A DNA stretch of 64,000 nt from Raja brachyura. Its lineage: Eukaryota. Positions 24,632-37,600 of the stretch are shown one piece after another (the first letter of the stretch is position 1; each line of letters starts with the position of its first letter). The notes beneath the pieces are model-generated. The model was not told the DNA's origin and did not search any database. It worked only from the letters and a program-made list of their open reading frames with translations. The position numbers and the translations under genes were made by a program. The stretch lies in contig OY740826.1 of NCBI GenBank assembly GCA_963514005.1, positions 2,542,001-2,606,000 on the forward strand, written 5' to 3'.

Positions 24632-24775
24632 CCGGGAGACCGGGAGCAGTGCAGCGGCCAATGGGCCCCAGCTCCGGGAGACCGGGAGCAGTGCAGCGGC
24701 CAATGGGCCCCAGCTCCGGGAGACCGGGAGCAGTGCAGCGGCCAATGGGCCCCAGCTCCGGGAGACCAGGAGCAC
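24632..24775 (+). repeat. 42-bp tandem repeat (~3.4 copies) inside Tx1 ORF1
   Basis: Encodes SGRPGAVQRPMGPS repeats. Confidence 0.9.
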
Positions 24776-27158
24776 TGAATCAGGCACCGTATGCCAGCTA
24801 TAGGAGACGGAGGGGGCAGTGCGCCCAGAAGCGGGTGGAACAAGGAGGGTCCCTCCAACAACTTCGGCTACATCAGAGGAGACCCCCCCCCCCCAACCCC
24901 CTTGAGGATGCCAGCACCCAGTACCTGAGCTCCGAAACATTGCTGCAATTCACCAAAGTGGTGGGCATGAGAGGACAAGATGATGGTCAGTGACAATTTA
25001 AGGGCAATGGAGCTAAAACTGGCATCGCTAAACATGCGCAGTGTGAAGAACGCTGTGCGATGTGTAAACGCCTCGCAGTATCTGGCCACACGGACTGTCG
25101 GTATGGTCGGGGGGGCAATGACTGCCGCGCTTCCGGTCCGGGGATCTTGCTGCGGGGAGGGAGCTTTGCCATCACTGAGCTCAGGGAGGTGGTTGGGGGG
25201 GGGGGGGGGGGGCTTCTCCTGGTGGTGGATGTAATGGTCCGTGGCTCTCCGCTCCGGCTGACTAATGTGTACCGGAAGGCAGGCAGAGGGACGTGGAAGT
25301 TAAATGTGAAGCTGTTAACCCCAGAGTACATTGAGGAGCTAAAGAGGGACCATGCATGTTGGAGAACGGTGAGACCCCTCTTTGACTCCCCGTCACACTG
25401 GTGGGAAGCAACCCAGGAGAACATCACAAGGTTCTTCATATTTAAAGGGGTTCAGAGAGCAAGACAGAGTCAGAGGGAATTGTGTCAACTCCAGACAGAT
25501 TTGTAGCAACTGCTCCCTCTGCAGTCGAGAGGGGGGGATGTGAGGAACTTAGAGAGTTGAAGGGCCGGAAAACTCATCTTTTTACATCTGAATCCTCCAA
25601 GATCATCTTCCGATCCAGGGTCCGCCACGTGGAGCAGGATGAGACTTGCTCACGCTTCTTTTTCCATAAGGTTCGCAGGGGGAGCTCTGTGATCAACAGC
25701 CTCAGGGAGGAGGACGGCTCAGTAACATCCTTGCAGACGGACATGCTGAGGATCTGCAAATCCTTTTACACGGATTTGTGTGACAGAAAGGCCACAGACA
25801 GCACCGCCTCCCAGAACTTCCTGTCCTCTATCACGGATGTCTTGTTGGACAGCAAGTGGGAGATTCTGGACCAACCACTGACCCTAGAGGAGTTGACTGG
25901 CTCCATCCGTTCCTTTGACTCGAATAAAACTCCAAGAAGCGATGGCTTACCGGCCGAGTTGTATTTGGCTCTGTGGGACTGGGTGGTGCTGGACCTGCTG
26001 GAAGTGTACAATGACATGCTTCTAACCGGCAGCATGTCAGACTCTATGAGGAAGGGCATCATCATCCTAATCTACAGCAGAAGGGGGAGATGAATGATAT
26101 AAGGAATTGGAGAGCCATCACATTATTGAATGTTGATACAAGATCCTGTCTAAGGCCATCGCCAACCGGGTCAAGTCTGCCCTGGGACGGGTGATCCACC
26201 CAAACTAAACCTGTGCTGTACCTGGCAGAAGAATCTGGCAGGAAGAGTGAGGCCTTGCTCTTTGGCGACTGGCCCGACCGTTCTTCCGTCCCCTCCACCA
26301 TCAAGCCTGAAGGTGCTGGGGATCTGGTTCGAGGGGGCTGAGGCATGTGACAAGATTTTGGTGGAGCAGATAGCCAAGGTTGGGAAGAAACTGGAGCTGT
26401 GGAAGCAACGCTCCCTCTCTATAACGGGAAAGGACTTGATCATCAGGTGTGAGGTGGTCTCGGGGCTGCTGTAGTTGGCGCAAGTGTGGTCTGTCCCTTC
26501 CTCCTACGCCACAGGGATCACCCGGGCTGTCTTTCAGAAAGGTTCTTCCAGACCAACACCTTTGACCACAAGTCCATCGGGCAGTGGTCAGCACAGAATG
26601 TCCTGCAGGCACTGCAACAAAATGACTCCATGGATCCTGTGGCATGGTTCCCAGAGCAGACTGCCCAGCTTGTCTGGTGAAATGCCTCATCGCCACAACT
26701 CACCAACAAGCACCAAGACCTGGCTTGGCTGGCGGTGAGGGGAGCCCTCCCAAACAGATCCTTCCTGCACCGTTGGAACCTCACTACCAGCGCATGCTGC
26801 CCTTGGGACGGCTGCTATGGAGAGGAGACGGTTGCCCAAGTCTATGCAGAGTGTGGGTTTGCAAAGACAGTCTGGAGATGTTTGTAAGGGTCCCTGTCAC
26901 GATTTATTCCGAAAAGCTCTGTCACAGAGGACTCTGTGATTTACGGACTGTTCCCAGGGACGCATTCAGAGACTGACATTGTGTGCTGCTGGAAGGTCAT
27001 CAACTCGGTGAAAGACGCCCTTTTGTCTGCCCGAGCATTGTTGACCATCCAGCGGAGCGGGATGTCTGTCGGAGAATGTTGCCGACTGGCCCGCTGCAGA
27101 CTGCAGGAGTACGTGCTGAAGCTTGGTGCAGCCAACGGCAAGGCTCGGTGGGGGGTTG

Positions 27159-27790
27159 GGGGGGGGGGTCCCTCTACGCAGGGATTCTCCCCCTCTTCAT
27201 CGGGGACCTGGGGTGGAGAGTTTTGCTCTGGAGTCCCCTGCAACCTGTTTCTCTCGCCAACCGCCTGCTACTTTTGCGGGCTGGAAGAGTCTGTGTACCA
27301 CGTGTATATGGAGTGTGTGAGGCTGCATCCCCTGTTCCAATATCTAAAGCGGCTGCTACTTGCCTTCTGGCTGCATTTCTCAACCATCATCCTCATCTTT
27401 GGACACCCTGTGCATGGGGGAGAGGGTAGGGCTGAAGATGTCCTGGTTGGGTTGCCCCTGGACCAGGCCAAGCTGGCCATCCTCGAGTCACTGCGTCAGG
27501 TGGAAGAGGGTTCTGCCCGAGCCAGCTGCCTGCCCCTTTTCCGGGGTTACGTCCGCGCCCGGGTGGTGTTAGAGGGACTACGCACTGTCCACGGGGAACC
27601 TGGGGGATTTCCAGGACTGTTGGGCACCGCGGGGGGGTGGAAAGCATAATTGACAAGGATTGTAACATAGTTGTATGGTAGTTTATTTAGTATATTTGTT
27701 GGTCTTGTATTATGGTGGTGGGTTGTTTTGTTTTATTGTATTGTAAATATTATTTTTTATAATTGATTACATTTTTTGATATTAAAAAAA
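27159..27790 (+). mobile_element. 5'-truncated Tx1/L1 element nested in the host Tx1
   Basis: CYFCGLEESVYHVYMEC zinc finger; poly-A tail; TSD aggctcggtggggg(g)ttg at 27141-27158 and 27791-27807. Confidence 0.85.
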
Positions 27791-28149
27791 AGGCTCGGTG
27801 GGGGTTGACCACAGTCTAGGGTCCTTCCGCTGCTGGACATGGGGGGCAGGATGTGGTGGAGATGCCCCTCAAAATTAAGGGAAGGGATTCCACGCCAGTG
27901 GGCCACATGAGTGGCAAGGGTGGGGGATCAATTTGTGTAAACATTATTGAATGTATGTGTAGCCTCCAAGGATGTGGAATGGAGATTTGTAAGGATCATC
28001 TATTGGATATATTTATTTCTCGAATAAAGAATATGTTGAAATTGTTTTAAATGGAAGCTTTATATACGACACAATTGTGACTTTTACAAGATATTCAGAT
28101 GGGAATGTAATTGGAAGGCTATAGTTGATTTTAGAGACACAGCGAGGAA

Positions 28150-28650
28150 ACAGAAAATAGGTGCAGGAGTAGGCCATTCGGCCATTCGAGCCAGCACCGC
28201 TATCCAAAATCAGTACCCCGTTCCTGCCTTCTCCTCATATCCATTAATTCCGTTAGCCCAAAGAGCTAATAACTCTTGAAAACATCCAGTGAATTGGCCT
28301 CCACTGCCTTCTGTGGCAGAGAATTCCCAGATTCACAACTCTCTGGGTGAAAACGATTTTCCTCATCTCAGTCCTAAATGTCCTATCCCTTGTTCTTAAA
28401 CTGTGACCCCTAATTCTGGACTCCCCCCAACAGCGGGAACATTTTCCCTGCATCTCGCCTGTCCAATCCCTTAAGGATTTATATGTTTCTATAAGATGCC
28501 CTCTCATCCTTCTAAATTCCAGTGAATACAAGCCCAGTCGATCCATTCTTTCATCATATGTCAGTCCTGCCATCCCGGGAATTAACCTGGTGAACCTATG
28601 CCACACTCCCTCAATAGCAAGAATGTCCTTCCTATAATTAGGAGACCAAA
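28150..28650 (-). mobile_element. CR1 LINE 3' fragment
   Basis: RFTRLIPGMAGLTYDERMDRLGLYSLEFRR. Confidence 0.85.
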
Positions 28651-28931
28651 AATCAAATAAAAGAGATGTTTAAAACATAATTCTGAGACACGTGACTGTA
28701 ATGGTTCAGCATTTTAATCTCTTTGTTTGCAAATGCAACAAATCCAAATCCTCTGCAGAAAACATGTATTGATATAAAAATAGTATCAGAATTAATCTTG
28801 CAGCAGCTCCACTATTAGATGACCATGACTGATTAGTTTTAGTTTAGTGCAGTTTAGAGACACAGCGTGGAAACAGGACCTTCGGCCCACCGAGTCAGCT
28901 CCGACCAGCGATCCCCGCACACTACACACAC

Positions 28932-29288
28932 CAAGTCCAGTCTAGTCAAGTCACTTTTATTTCTACAGCACATTTAAAAAACAACTCTTGTTGACCAAAG
29001 TGCTTTACATTGGTGGAGGTACTAATGTTATACAACAGTGGTTCATAGATTAAGCACATACATAAATACATACATATAGCCCTCCCTCAGAGGACGTCAA
29101 GAAAGGCTTGAGAGTAAAGATGAGTTTTAAGTCTCGACAAAAGAGTCGATGGAGGGGGCAGTTCGGATGGGAAGAGGGATGCTGTTCCACAGTCTAGGAG
29201 CTGCAACCGCAAAGCCGCTGAGCTTATGCCTAGACCACGGGATGTTCAGTAACCCCAAGTCTGCCGATTTGAGGGACCTGGAGGGACC
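28932..29288 (-). mobile_element. L2-type LINE 3' end
   Basis: LKSADLGLL.IP...FAVAAPRLWNSIP..IRTAPS; AATAAA and short tandem tail. Confidence 0.7.
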
Positions 29289-29550
29289 AGCGCCGACCAG
29301 CCATCTCCGCACACTAACTCTATTCTACATGCACCAGGGACAATTTTTAAAAACATTGACACCAAGCCAATTAACCTACAAACCAGACCATCTTTGGGGT
29401 GTGAGAGGAAACCGAAGATCCCGGAGAAAACCCACGTAGGTCACGGGGAGAACGTACAAACTCCGTACAGACAGCACCTGTAGTCAGGACCGAACCCGGG
29501 TCTCTGGCGCTGTGAGGCAGCAACTCTACCGCTGCGCCACCGTGCCGCCC
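29289..29550 (-). mobile_element. tRNA-derived V-SINE (HE1-like)
   Basis: A-box tggcgcagcgg and B-box gggttcggtcc; V-core gtttgtacgttctccccgtgacc. Further copies at ~22870-23050, 40670-40920, 46775-46875 and 63480-63990. Confidence 0.8.
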
Positions 29551-30083
29551 TTTGTCAGATTTCCAATGTCTGCATTTCATTATTATTATTACTCACCAAT
29601 GCCACACAGAGAGCTGCTTGCTATGAAACTTGTTATAGAACATGGCGCTACAAGAGCAAGAGGGCGTTTCAGAGTTTCAGAATAGCATTAGCAAAAATCC
29701 CACAGGATTTTCAAAAAAGAAAGGTCTTTATTTAATAACTACGAGTCTATTTTGTAACTGCAGGTAAAGACTGTGTTTAACAGACTATCATGTGATCAGT
29801 GTCAACAGAAGCAATTATTGTCAATGTTAATAGTTACCCGCGGAACAGTCTGTGTTCTAAAGAAACAAAGGCTTTTTTAACGAGATACAGCGGGGAAACA
29901 GGCCCTTCGGCCCACCGAGTCCGCACCGGCCATCGATCATCCGTTCACACACTAGTTCTATGTTATCCCACTATTTCATCTACAGAGGGTTAATTAATCT
30001 ATGAAACCCAAGGTAGTTAAGGCTGGTGTAGCGCTCTCTCCACACTGCCCCTCCCTCCCTCCTCACCGCCCCTCCCTCCCTCC

Positions 30084-30263
30084 TCACCGCCCCTCCCTCC
30101 CTCCTCCCACCAACCCCTTCCCCTGCTTGGACTGGAACCAGAGCTCCGCGTATTCCACCCCCTCGCCACTGTGCACGGTGTCTCCGCTGCTCGGTACCTC
30201 CCGCAGGTTGGCGTACACGGCCGCTTGCTCTTCCCCCGGCCCGTCCTGTCCACTCCCCGCGCT
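30084..30263 (-). CDS. Siglec/MAG-like receptor, terminal exon with ITIM-type motifs
   Basis: Strong acceptor ccctttccttccag; AVYANL and VEYAEL; TGA at 30086-30084; candidate AATAAA at ~29727-29732. Confidence 0.85.
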   Translation of the reverse strand, partial: SAGSGQDGPGEEQAAVYANLREVPSSGDTVHSGEGVEYAELWFQSKQGKGLVGGGREGR

Positions 30264-31301
30264 CTGGAAGGAAAGGGAAGCAGACGGGCTGTTGTGGGTT
30301 TAGTACAGAGCAGTGCACGGTGTGGCCCGGCATTTAATACCATCAGCGAGAAGGTTCACAACTCCTGAACTCCCACAGACCCAGGTTCAGCCATGTTGTT
30401 CATGTTTCTCTCTCTCTCACACACCCTCTCCTTCTGCCTCTCTCTCCTCCTTTCTCCCTCTCCTCTTTCTCTCTCACACTCACGCACTCTGTCTCTCACA
30501 CTCTCCCCCTCTCGCACTGTCACCCTCGCTCAAACTTTCTCTCACACTCGCACCCACCCTTTCACACCCCTCTCTCACACACTCTCACGTGGTTAGATAA
30601 ATCCTCCCCCACCCAAGTCACGCCAACGTCTCGTTTTCACCCAACAATCCGCTAACAGTGACCTGTTTCCTTTATCATCGTTACTTTGTTTGCATTTATC
30701 TTTCATTCAATGTTCTTTATCTCTCTCTACATCATCGTCTATATAGAGTCATACATTGTGGAAACAGGCCCTTCGGCCCGACTTGCCCACATCGGCCAAC
30801 ATGTCCCAGTTACACTAGTCCCACCTGCCTGCTCTTGGTCCATATCCCTCCAAACTTGTCCTGTCCATGTACCTTTCTAACTGTTTCTTAAACTTAGGGA
30901 TAGTCCCAGCCTCAACTACCTCCTCCAGCAGCTCGTTACACACACGCACCACCCTTTGTGTGAAAAAGTTACCCCTCAGATTTTTTTCCCCTTCACCTTG
31001 AACCCATGTCCTCTGGTCCTCGATTCCCCTACTCTGGGCAAGATACTCTGTGCATCTACCTGATCTATTCCTCTCATGATTTTATACACCTCTATAAGAT
31101 CACCCATCATCCCCCTGCGTTCCAAGGAATAGAGTCCCAGGCTCCTCAACCTCTCCCTGTAGCTCAGGCCCCTCGAGTCTCAACCGAAACGTCACCTATT
31201 CCTTCTCTCCAGAGATTCTGCCTGTTCCACTGAGTTATTCCAGCTTTTTGTGCCCACTTTTGTATCATCTGCAGTTGAGATTAAATGCAAAGTTCCACTA
31301 C

Positions 31302-31368
31302 CTGATTGGGGGCAGAGTGTGGGCAGTAGAGCACATTGATGTCTTGGTTTCCTGAAGCATCTTCCCTC
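31302..31368 (-). CDS. Siglec/MAG-like receptor, cytoplasmic exon
   Basis: ttgctgcag|...CAG|gtagtg; phase 2-0 links the TM exon to the last exon; REDASGNQDINVLYCPHSAPNQ. Confidence 0.7.
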
Positions 31369-31845
31369 CTGCAGCAACAGAAGATCACACCAAGTTTACA
31401 GCACATCTGCACAGCAGCAAAGTCCAAGTACAAAGTTGCAGTTGTATTAGACGTTGGTCATAAAGTCATGAGGTCATTAATGATAGGAGCAGAATTAAGT
31501 CATTCGGCCCATCAAGTCTACTCCGCCATTCAATCATGGCTGATCTAACTCTTCCTCCTAATCCCATTCTCCTGCCTGTTTCCCATAACCCCTGACACCG
31601 GTACTAATCAATAACCTATCCATCTCTGCTTTAAAAATATCCATTAACTTGGCCTCCACAGCCTTCTGCGGCAAAGAATTCCACAGATTCACCACCCTCT
31701 GACTATAGGAATTCCTCTCAGCTGCTTCCTAAAGGAACGTCCTATAATTCTGAGGCTACGACCTCTAGTCCTAGACTCTCCCACTAGTGGAAACATCCTC
31801 TCCACTTCCACTCAATCCAAGCCTTTCACTATTCAGTAGGTTTCA

Positions 31846-33595
31846 ATGCATTTAGAGTATTTTGTTCAGTTCTGGGCACCATGTTGTCGGGGAGATGTTG
31901 TCAAGCTCGAAAAGGTGGAGAGAAGATTTACGTGGATGTTGCCAGGACTCGATGGGCTGAGCTACAGGGAGAGGATGAGCAAGCGGATTCTCTATTCCTT
32001 GGAGCACAGGAAGATGGGGGGTGATCTTATAGAGGTGTTTAAAATCATGAGAGGAATTGATGGGGTAGACGCACAGAACATCTTGCCCAGAGTGGGGAAT
32101 CGTGGACCAGAGGACAGAGGTTTAAGGTGGGGGGGGGGGAAGGAAGAATCAATAGGAACCTGAGCGCTAACATTTCACACAAAGGGTAGTGGGTGTATGG
32201 AACGAGCTGCCGGAGGAAGTAGTTGAGCCATGGGTGTAATGTTTAAGAAACAATTAGGCAGGTACATGGATAGGACAGGTTTAGAGGGACATGGACCAAA
32301 CGCAGGCAGGTGGGACAAGTGTAGATGGGGCATGTTGGCCAATATGGGCAAGTTGGGCCGAAGGGCCCGTTTCCACACTGTGTGACAACTACAAACAGGG
32401 GCCATTGATTTTTCCAATTTCATGCAACTCCTGCATTCCTTTCCCCCCTCTCTCCACCCCCACCCCACCCCTACCCCTACCCTAGTCATCCTCCTAGTTG
32501 CACTGTTCGCATCCTTCTATCCCTGTCTTTGGCACTGCTTCCCAGGCCAACAATGGGCCATTGTGGGCTCCATCCTTCATAAGTTCAAGGAACAGAATTA
32601 GGCCATTCAGCCCATCAAGTTTACTCCGCCATTCAATCATGGCTGATCTATCTCTCCTTCTCAACCCCATTCTTCTCACTTCTCCCCTTAACCCTGACAC
32701 CCGTACTGATCAAGAACCTATCTATCTCTGCGTTAGGCATTTACTATCTAAATGGTGTCAAGTTGAGAAAAGGGGAAGTACAACGGGATTTGGGGGTCCT
32801 TGTACATCAGTCTATGAAAGTAAGCAGGGGTTACACAAAAAGCTGGAGAAACTCAGCGGGTGCAGCAGCATCTAAGGGGCGAAGGAGATAGGTGACATTT
32901 CGGGTCGAGACCCTTCTTCAGACTATGAAAGTAAGCATGCAGGTACAGCAGGCAGTGAAGAAAGCAAATGGCATGTTGGCCTTTATAACAAGAGGAATCA
33001 AAGAGGTCCTTCTGCAGTTGTACAGAGACCTAGTGAGACCACACCTCTGGAGTATTGTGTGCAGTATTGGTCTGCTAATTTGAGGAAGGACATTCTTGCT
33101 ATTGAGGGAGTGCAGCGGAGGTTTGCAAGGTTAATTCTCGCGATGGCGGGACTGTCATATGCTGAGGGAATGGAGCAGATGGGCTTGTACACTCTGGAGT
33201 TTAGAAGGATGAGAGGGAATCTCATTGAAACATATAAGATTGTTAAGGGTTTGGACACGCTAGAGGCAGGAAACATGTTCCCGCTGTTGGGGGAGTCCAG
33301 AGCCAGGGGCCACAGTTTAAGAATAAGGAGAATAATTTAGAACGGATATGAGGAAACACTTTTTCTCACAGAGAGTGGTGAGTCTGTGGAATTCTCGGTC
33401 TCAGAGGGCGGTGGAGGCGGGTTCTCTGGATGCTTACGAGAGAGAGCTAGATAGGGCTCTTAAGTATAGCGGAGTTAGGGGATATGGGGAGAAGGCAGGA
33501 ATGGGGTACTGATTGGGGATGATCAGCCATGATCACATTGAATGGCGGTGCTGGCTCGAAGGGCCGAATGGCCTACTCCTGCAACTATTGTCTAA
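31846..33595 (+). mobile_element. Cluster of CR1 3' fragments with interspersed Penelope pieces
   Basis: HLEYFVQFWAP, AVKKANGMLAFI and KDILAIEGVQRRF. Confidence 0.8.
32891..32924 (-). ncRNA. Penelope-type minimal hammerhead ribozyme motif (CpG-decayed)
   Basis: agt-CTGAAGA-a-GGGT-ctcg-ACCC-GAAA-tgtc-acc. Confidence 0.55.
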
Positions 33596-34249
33596 ACATT
33601 TTGATTGACTTGGCCTCCACAGCCTTCTGTGGCAAAGAATTCCACAGATTCACCACCCTATGACTGAAGACATTTCTCCTCCTCTTCTTCCTAAAGGTAG
33701 TCCTTTAATTCTAAGGCTGTGCCCTCCGGTTCTAGACTCACTCTCCCACTAGTGGAAACATCCTCTCCACATCCATTCTATCCAGACCATTCACAATTCA
33801 TTAAATTTCAATGAGGTCCCCCCCTCATCCTTCTAAACTCCAGCTAGTACAGGCCCAGTAAGTGTCAAACGCTCATCATATGTTAATCATTCTCATAAAC
33901 CTCCTTTGGACCCTCTCCAGAGCCAGCACATCCTCCCTCAGATATGGGGCCCAAAACGGCTCATAACAGTCCAAAGGTCATCTGTTGCTGGCTCTGTTTT
34001 GTTCTGACTTTCTCAACCTTTCCGTCTGATGAAGGTCCCGACCCGAAATGTCACCTATTCCTTAATCCCCAGCAGAGTTACTCCAGCACTTTGTACCTAT
34101 CCATGTTCTCCAGAGATGCTGCCTGACTTGCCGAGTTACTCCAGCATTTTGTGTCTGTGAACAGGAGTTAGCCTGGCAGAAGCAGTCATAAGAAGCAGAT
34201 GACAAAGAGATGGATTTGGAAGTGAAAATGTGGATTTATTTAAACTTAC

Positions 34250-34346
34250 CGCTGTATATACTTGTAGATGAAGAATCCAGCTAGCTCAGTGATCAGTATT
34301 ATCCCTGCTGTAAGCAAAACTGCCATCCAAATACTGAAGCTTTTAG
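34250..34346 (-). CDS. Siglec/MAG-like receptor, transmembrane exon
   Basis: ttcttacag|...|gtaagt, phase 1-2; KSFSIWMAVLLTAGIILITELAGFFIYKYIQR. Confidence 0.85.
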
Positions 34347-34619
34347 CTGTAAGAACAACCAGAGGTGTGTTTTCAGATTTTACAGTTTAATTTATTGTCA
34401 CGTGTAACGAGGTACAGTGAAAAGGTTTTGTGGCGTGCTATCCAGTCAGCGGAAAGGCATCACATGATTCCAATCGAGCAGTCTACAGTGGACAGCCACA
34501 GGATAAAGGGATTAACGTTCAGTGCAAGGTAAAGCCAGCAAAGTCCGATCAAAGATTGTCCGAGGGTCACCAATGAGGTAGATGGTAGCTCAGGCCTGTT
34601 CCCCAGTTGTAGGATTATA

Positions 34620-37600
34620 ACAGTCCCGCCATCCCGGGAATTAACGTTGTGAACCTACGCTGCACTGCCTCAATAGCAAAAAAGTCCTTCCTCAAATTTG
34701 GAGATCAAAACTGCACACAATACTCCAGGTGTGGTCTCACAAGGGCCCTGTACATCTGCAGAAGGGCCTCTTTGTCCTATACTCAACTCCTCTTGTTATG
34801 AAGGCCAACATGCAATTGGCTTTATTCGCTGCTTGCTGTACCTGTAACCTTACATTTATCCACATTAAACTGCAGCTGCCATGCATCCTCCCACTCACCC
34901 AACCTGTCGAAGTCACTCTGCATCCTCATAGCATCCTCCTCACAGTTCACACTGCCACCCAGCTTTGTGTCTTCTGCAAATTTGCTGATGTTGCTTTGAA
35001 TCCCTTCATCTAAATCATTGACATATATTGTAAATAGCTGCGGTCCCAGCACCGACCCTTGCGGTCCCCCACTAGTCACTGTTTGCCATTTTGAAATGGT
35101 CCCCTTAATCCCTACTCTGCCAAATAATTCTCTATCCATATCAGTGCCCTATCCCCAATACCATGTGCTCTAATTTTGCCTATTAATCTCCCATATGGGA
35201 GATTAGTAAGTAAATCAAATCTATCTATACTATTACTGCTGTCAGAGGTTCTGGGGAGAAGACAGGACAATGGGGTTAGGAGAGATAGATCGGCCATGAT
35301 TGAATGGCAGAGCAGACTTGATGGGCCGAGTGGCTTAATTCTGCTCCTATCACTTATGACCTTATACAGTACGACTTGCCTGGGTTGCGTGCAAACACTG
35401 AATTCCGGTACACATGGCAATTATACAACCACACCAATAGATGGGCCGAAAAAAGGGCTGGCATGGACATGGTGGGCCAATGAACCCGTTGCGGTCTTGG
35501 ATGGAGCTGTTCCCATAGCAAGCTGCGATGCATCATAATAAAATCTATCTTCTATCTATCTACACTATCAGTAAAAGTCTCATCTTGACTACTTCCGGTC
35601 TGTGTTTTCTTTTAAATTTGCGCAAAAACGGTACCCTATATCACTAGGATGTTTTCGCCACCTTACTCACCGTTCTCCTCTGCTCCAAGCGCACCAAGTT
35701 TTGTTCCGATCGATGGTAGATTACAAAAGTTATTAAGGTTTAAAAAATTGTGAGATCAGCAGGGTTCTTCTTGCCTGCCAGTCACCATGAAGGTAACGCC
35801 CCTTCTGGCACCCGCTGTTAATCACCGGGCGGGGCGAGGAGAATAAACCCCCGGAGGCGGGGCTGAGTCCACAAGCCTTGCTGATTGAGTCCGCGAGCTG
35901 TCCGGAGGAGAACTACCAGCGAAGCGGCCAGCGCCCACTGTGAGTCCCCATCGCACCCAAAACCCCTTCCCCTCTGGCCCCCCACACCCGTAATACCGCA
36001 CGCTCCACCATTGCTCTTCCACATCTTTTTTCCGAGCTCTCTCCACGCCCTGCCCACACACCCCTCCCCTTCACACCCCACCGGCTCCCCACCCACAAAC
36101 ACACCCCTCCCTGCCACCAACCCCTCCCTAACCCCTCCCTTCCACACACCTCTCACAATCCTCGCCCTGCCCACACACACCCCAAGCTCTCTCCCCCCCT
36201 CCCCTGCGTTTTTACTGCAGCTGCGGGAGGCTCTGGATGGCCTGACCCGGCCAAGTCCGACCCAGCCCAGCCAAACCAGTGCGGAGTTGGAGATGGCGCC
36301 GATGTCGCCAAATGGAAAGCGGAGACTCCCGGTGGAGGAGAACAACCAGGGAAGCGATCAGCGAAACGATCAGCGAAGCGGCCAGCGCCCGCTGTGAGTC
36401 CCCATCGCATTTCCATCCCCTTCCCCTCTGGTCCCCCTCGATGGCTCCAGCCCCCCTCCCCCGTAATACCGCACTCTCCCCATGGCACTTCCCCTGTCTT
36501 TTCTCCGAGCTCTCTCCCACCCTGCCCCCACACCCCACCCACACCAAACCCCCCTCAACACACACATCCCTCCTCCCCCCCTCACAAACACCTCCAGCCC
36601 ACATGCACACTTCCTCTACCACCCCATACCCCCGCCCCCAAACTACAGACTGATTGACTGAGACCCAATGAGTCTCACTTAGTCTAGTACTTTCTGAAAG
36701 TCCAGGTACACTACATCCACTGGCTCTCCCTTGTCCCTTTTCCTAATTACATCCTCAGAAAATTCCAGAAGATTAGTCAAACATGATTTCCCCTTCACAA
36801 ATCAATGTGACTCGCACTGACCCTGTTACTGCTTTCCATAAATGCCACTATTTCATCTTTTAGAATTGACTCCAGTACCTTCCCCACCACCGATGTCAGG
36901 CTAACTGGTCTATAATTCCCTGTTTTCTCTCTCGCCTTTCATAAAAAGTGGGAGAACATTAGCTACCCTCCAATCCACAGGAACTGATCCTGAATCAATA
37001 GAACATTGGAAAATGATCACTAATGCGTCCACGATTTCTAGAGCCACTTCCTTAAGTACCCTGGGATGCAGGTCATCAGGCCCCGGGGATTTATCAGCCT
37101 TCAGTCCCATCAGTCTACCCAACACCATTTCCTGCCTAATGTGAATTTCCTTCAGTTCCTCCATCACCCTAGATCCTCTGGCCCCTAGTACATCAGGGAA
37201 ATTGTTTGTAACTTCCTTAGTGAAGACGGATCGGATGCTTTCAAGAAAGAGTTATATAGAGCTCTTAAGATAGTGGAGACTAGGGATATGGTGAGAAGGC
37301 AGGAATGGGGTACTGAATGTGGATGATCAGCCATGATCAAATTGAATGGTGGTGCTTGCTCGAAGGGCCAAATTGTCTACTCTGCCTCTATTGTCTATTG
37401 TTTATTTTCAAAGTACCTGTTTAACTCGTCTGCCATTTCCTTCTTCCCCATAATAAATTCACCTGTTGTAGTCTTCAAGATTCCAACTTCGGTCTTAACT
37501 AATTTATTCCTCTTCACATACCTAAAGAAGCTTTTACTATCCTCCTTTATATTCTTGGCTAGCTTACCTTCGTACCTCATCTTTTCTGCACGCATTACCT

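Larger units (their letters stand above)
23865..28035 (+). mobile_element. Tx1/L1-clade LINE, degenerate (ORF1 zinc knuckle and ORF2)
   Basis: ORF1 CNLCREAGHLYRACP; ORF2 LASLNMR, GTWKLN, DETCSRFFF, KTPRSDGLPAE and NWRAITLLN, with a C-terminal Cys cluster; AATAAA at ~28023; multiple deletions. Confidence 0.88.

Noticed and set aside
29480-29550. tRNA gene
   Set aside because: tRNA-like head is attached to a V-SINE core, so it is a SINE.
10189-34346. Splicing the Siglec TM exon to the Tyr-less orphan exon at 10360 (phase compatible)
   Set aside because: Closer exons at 31368 and 30263 give a canonical Siglec tail; the long-range link is unsupported without RNA data.
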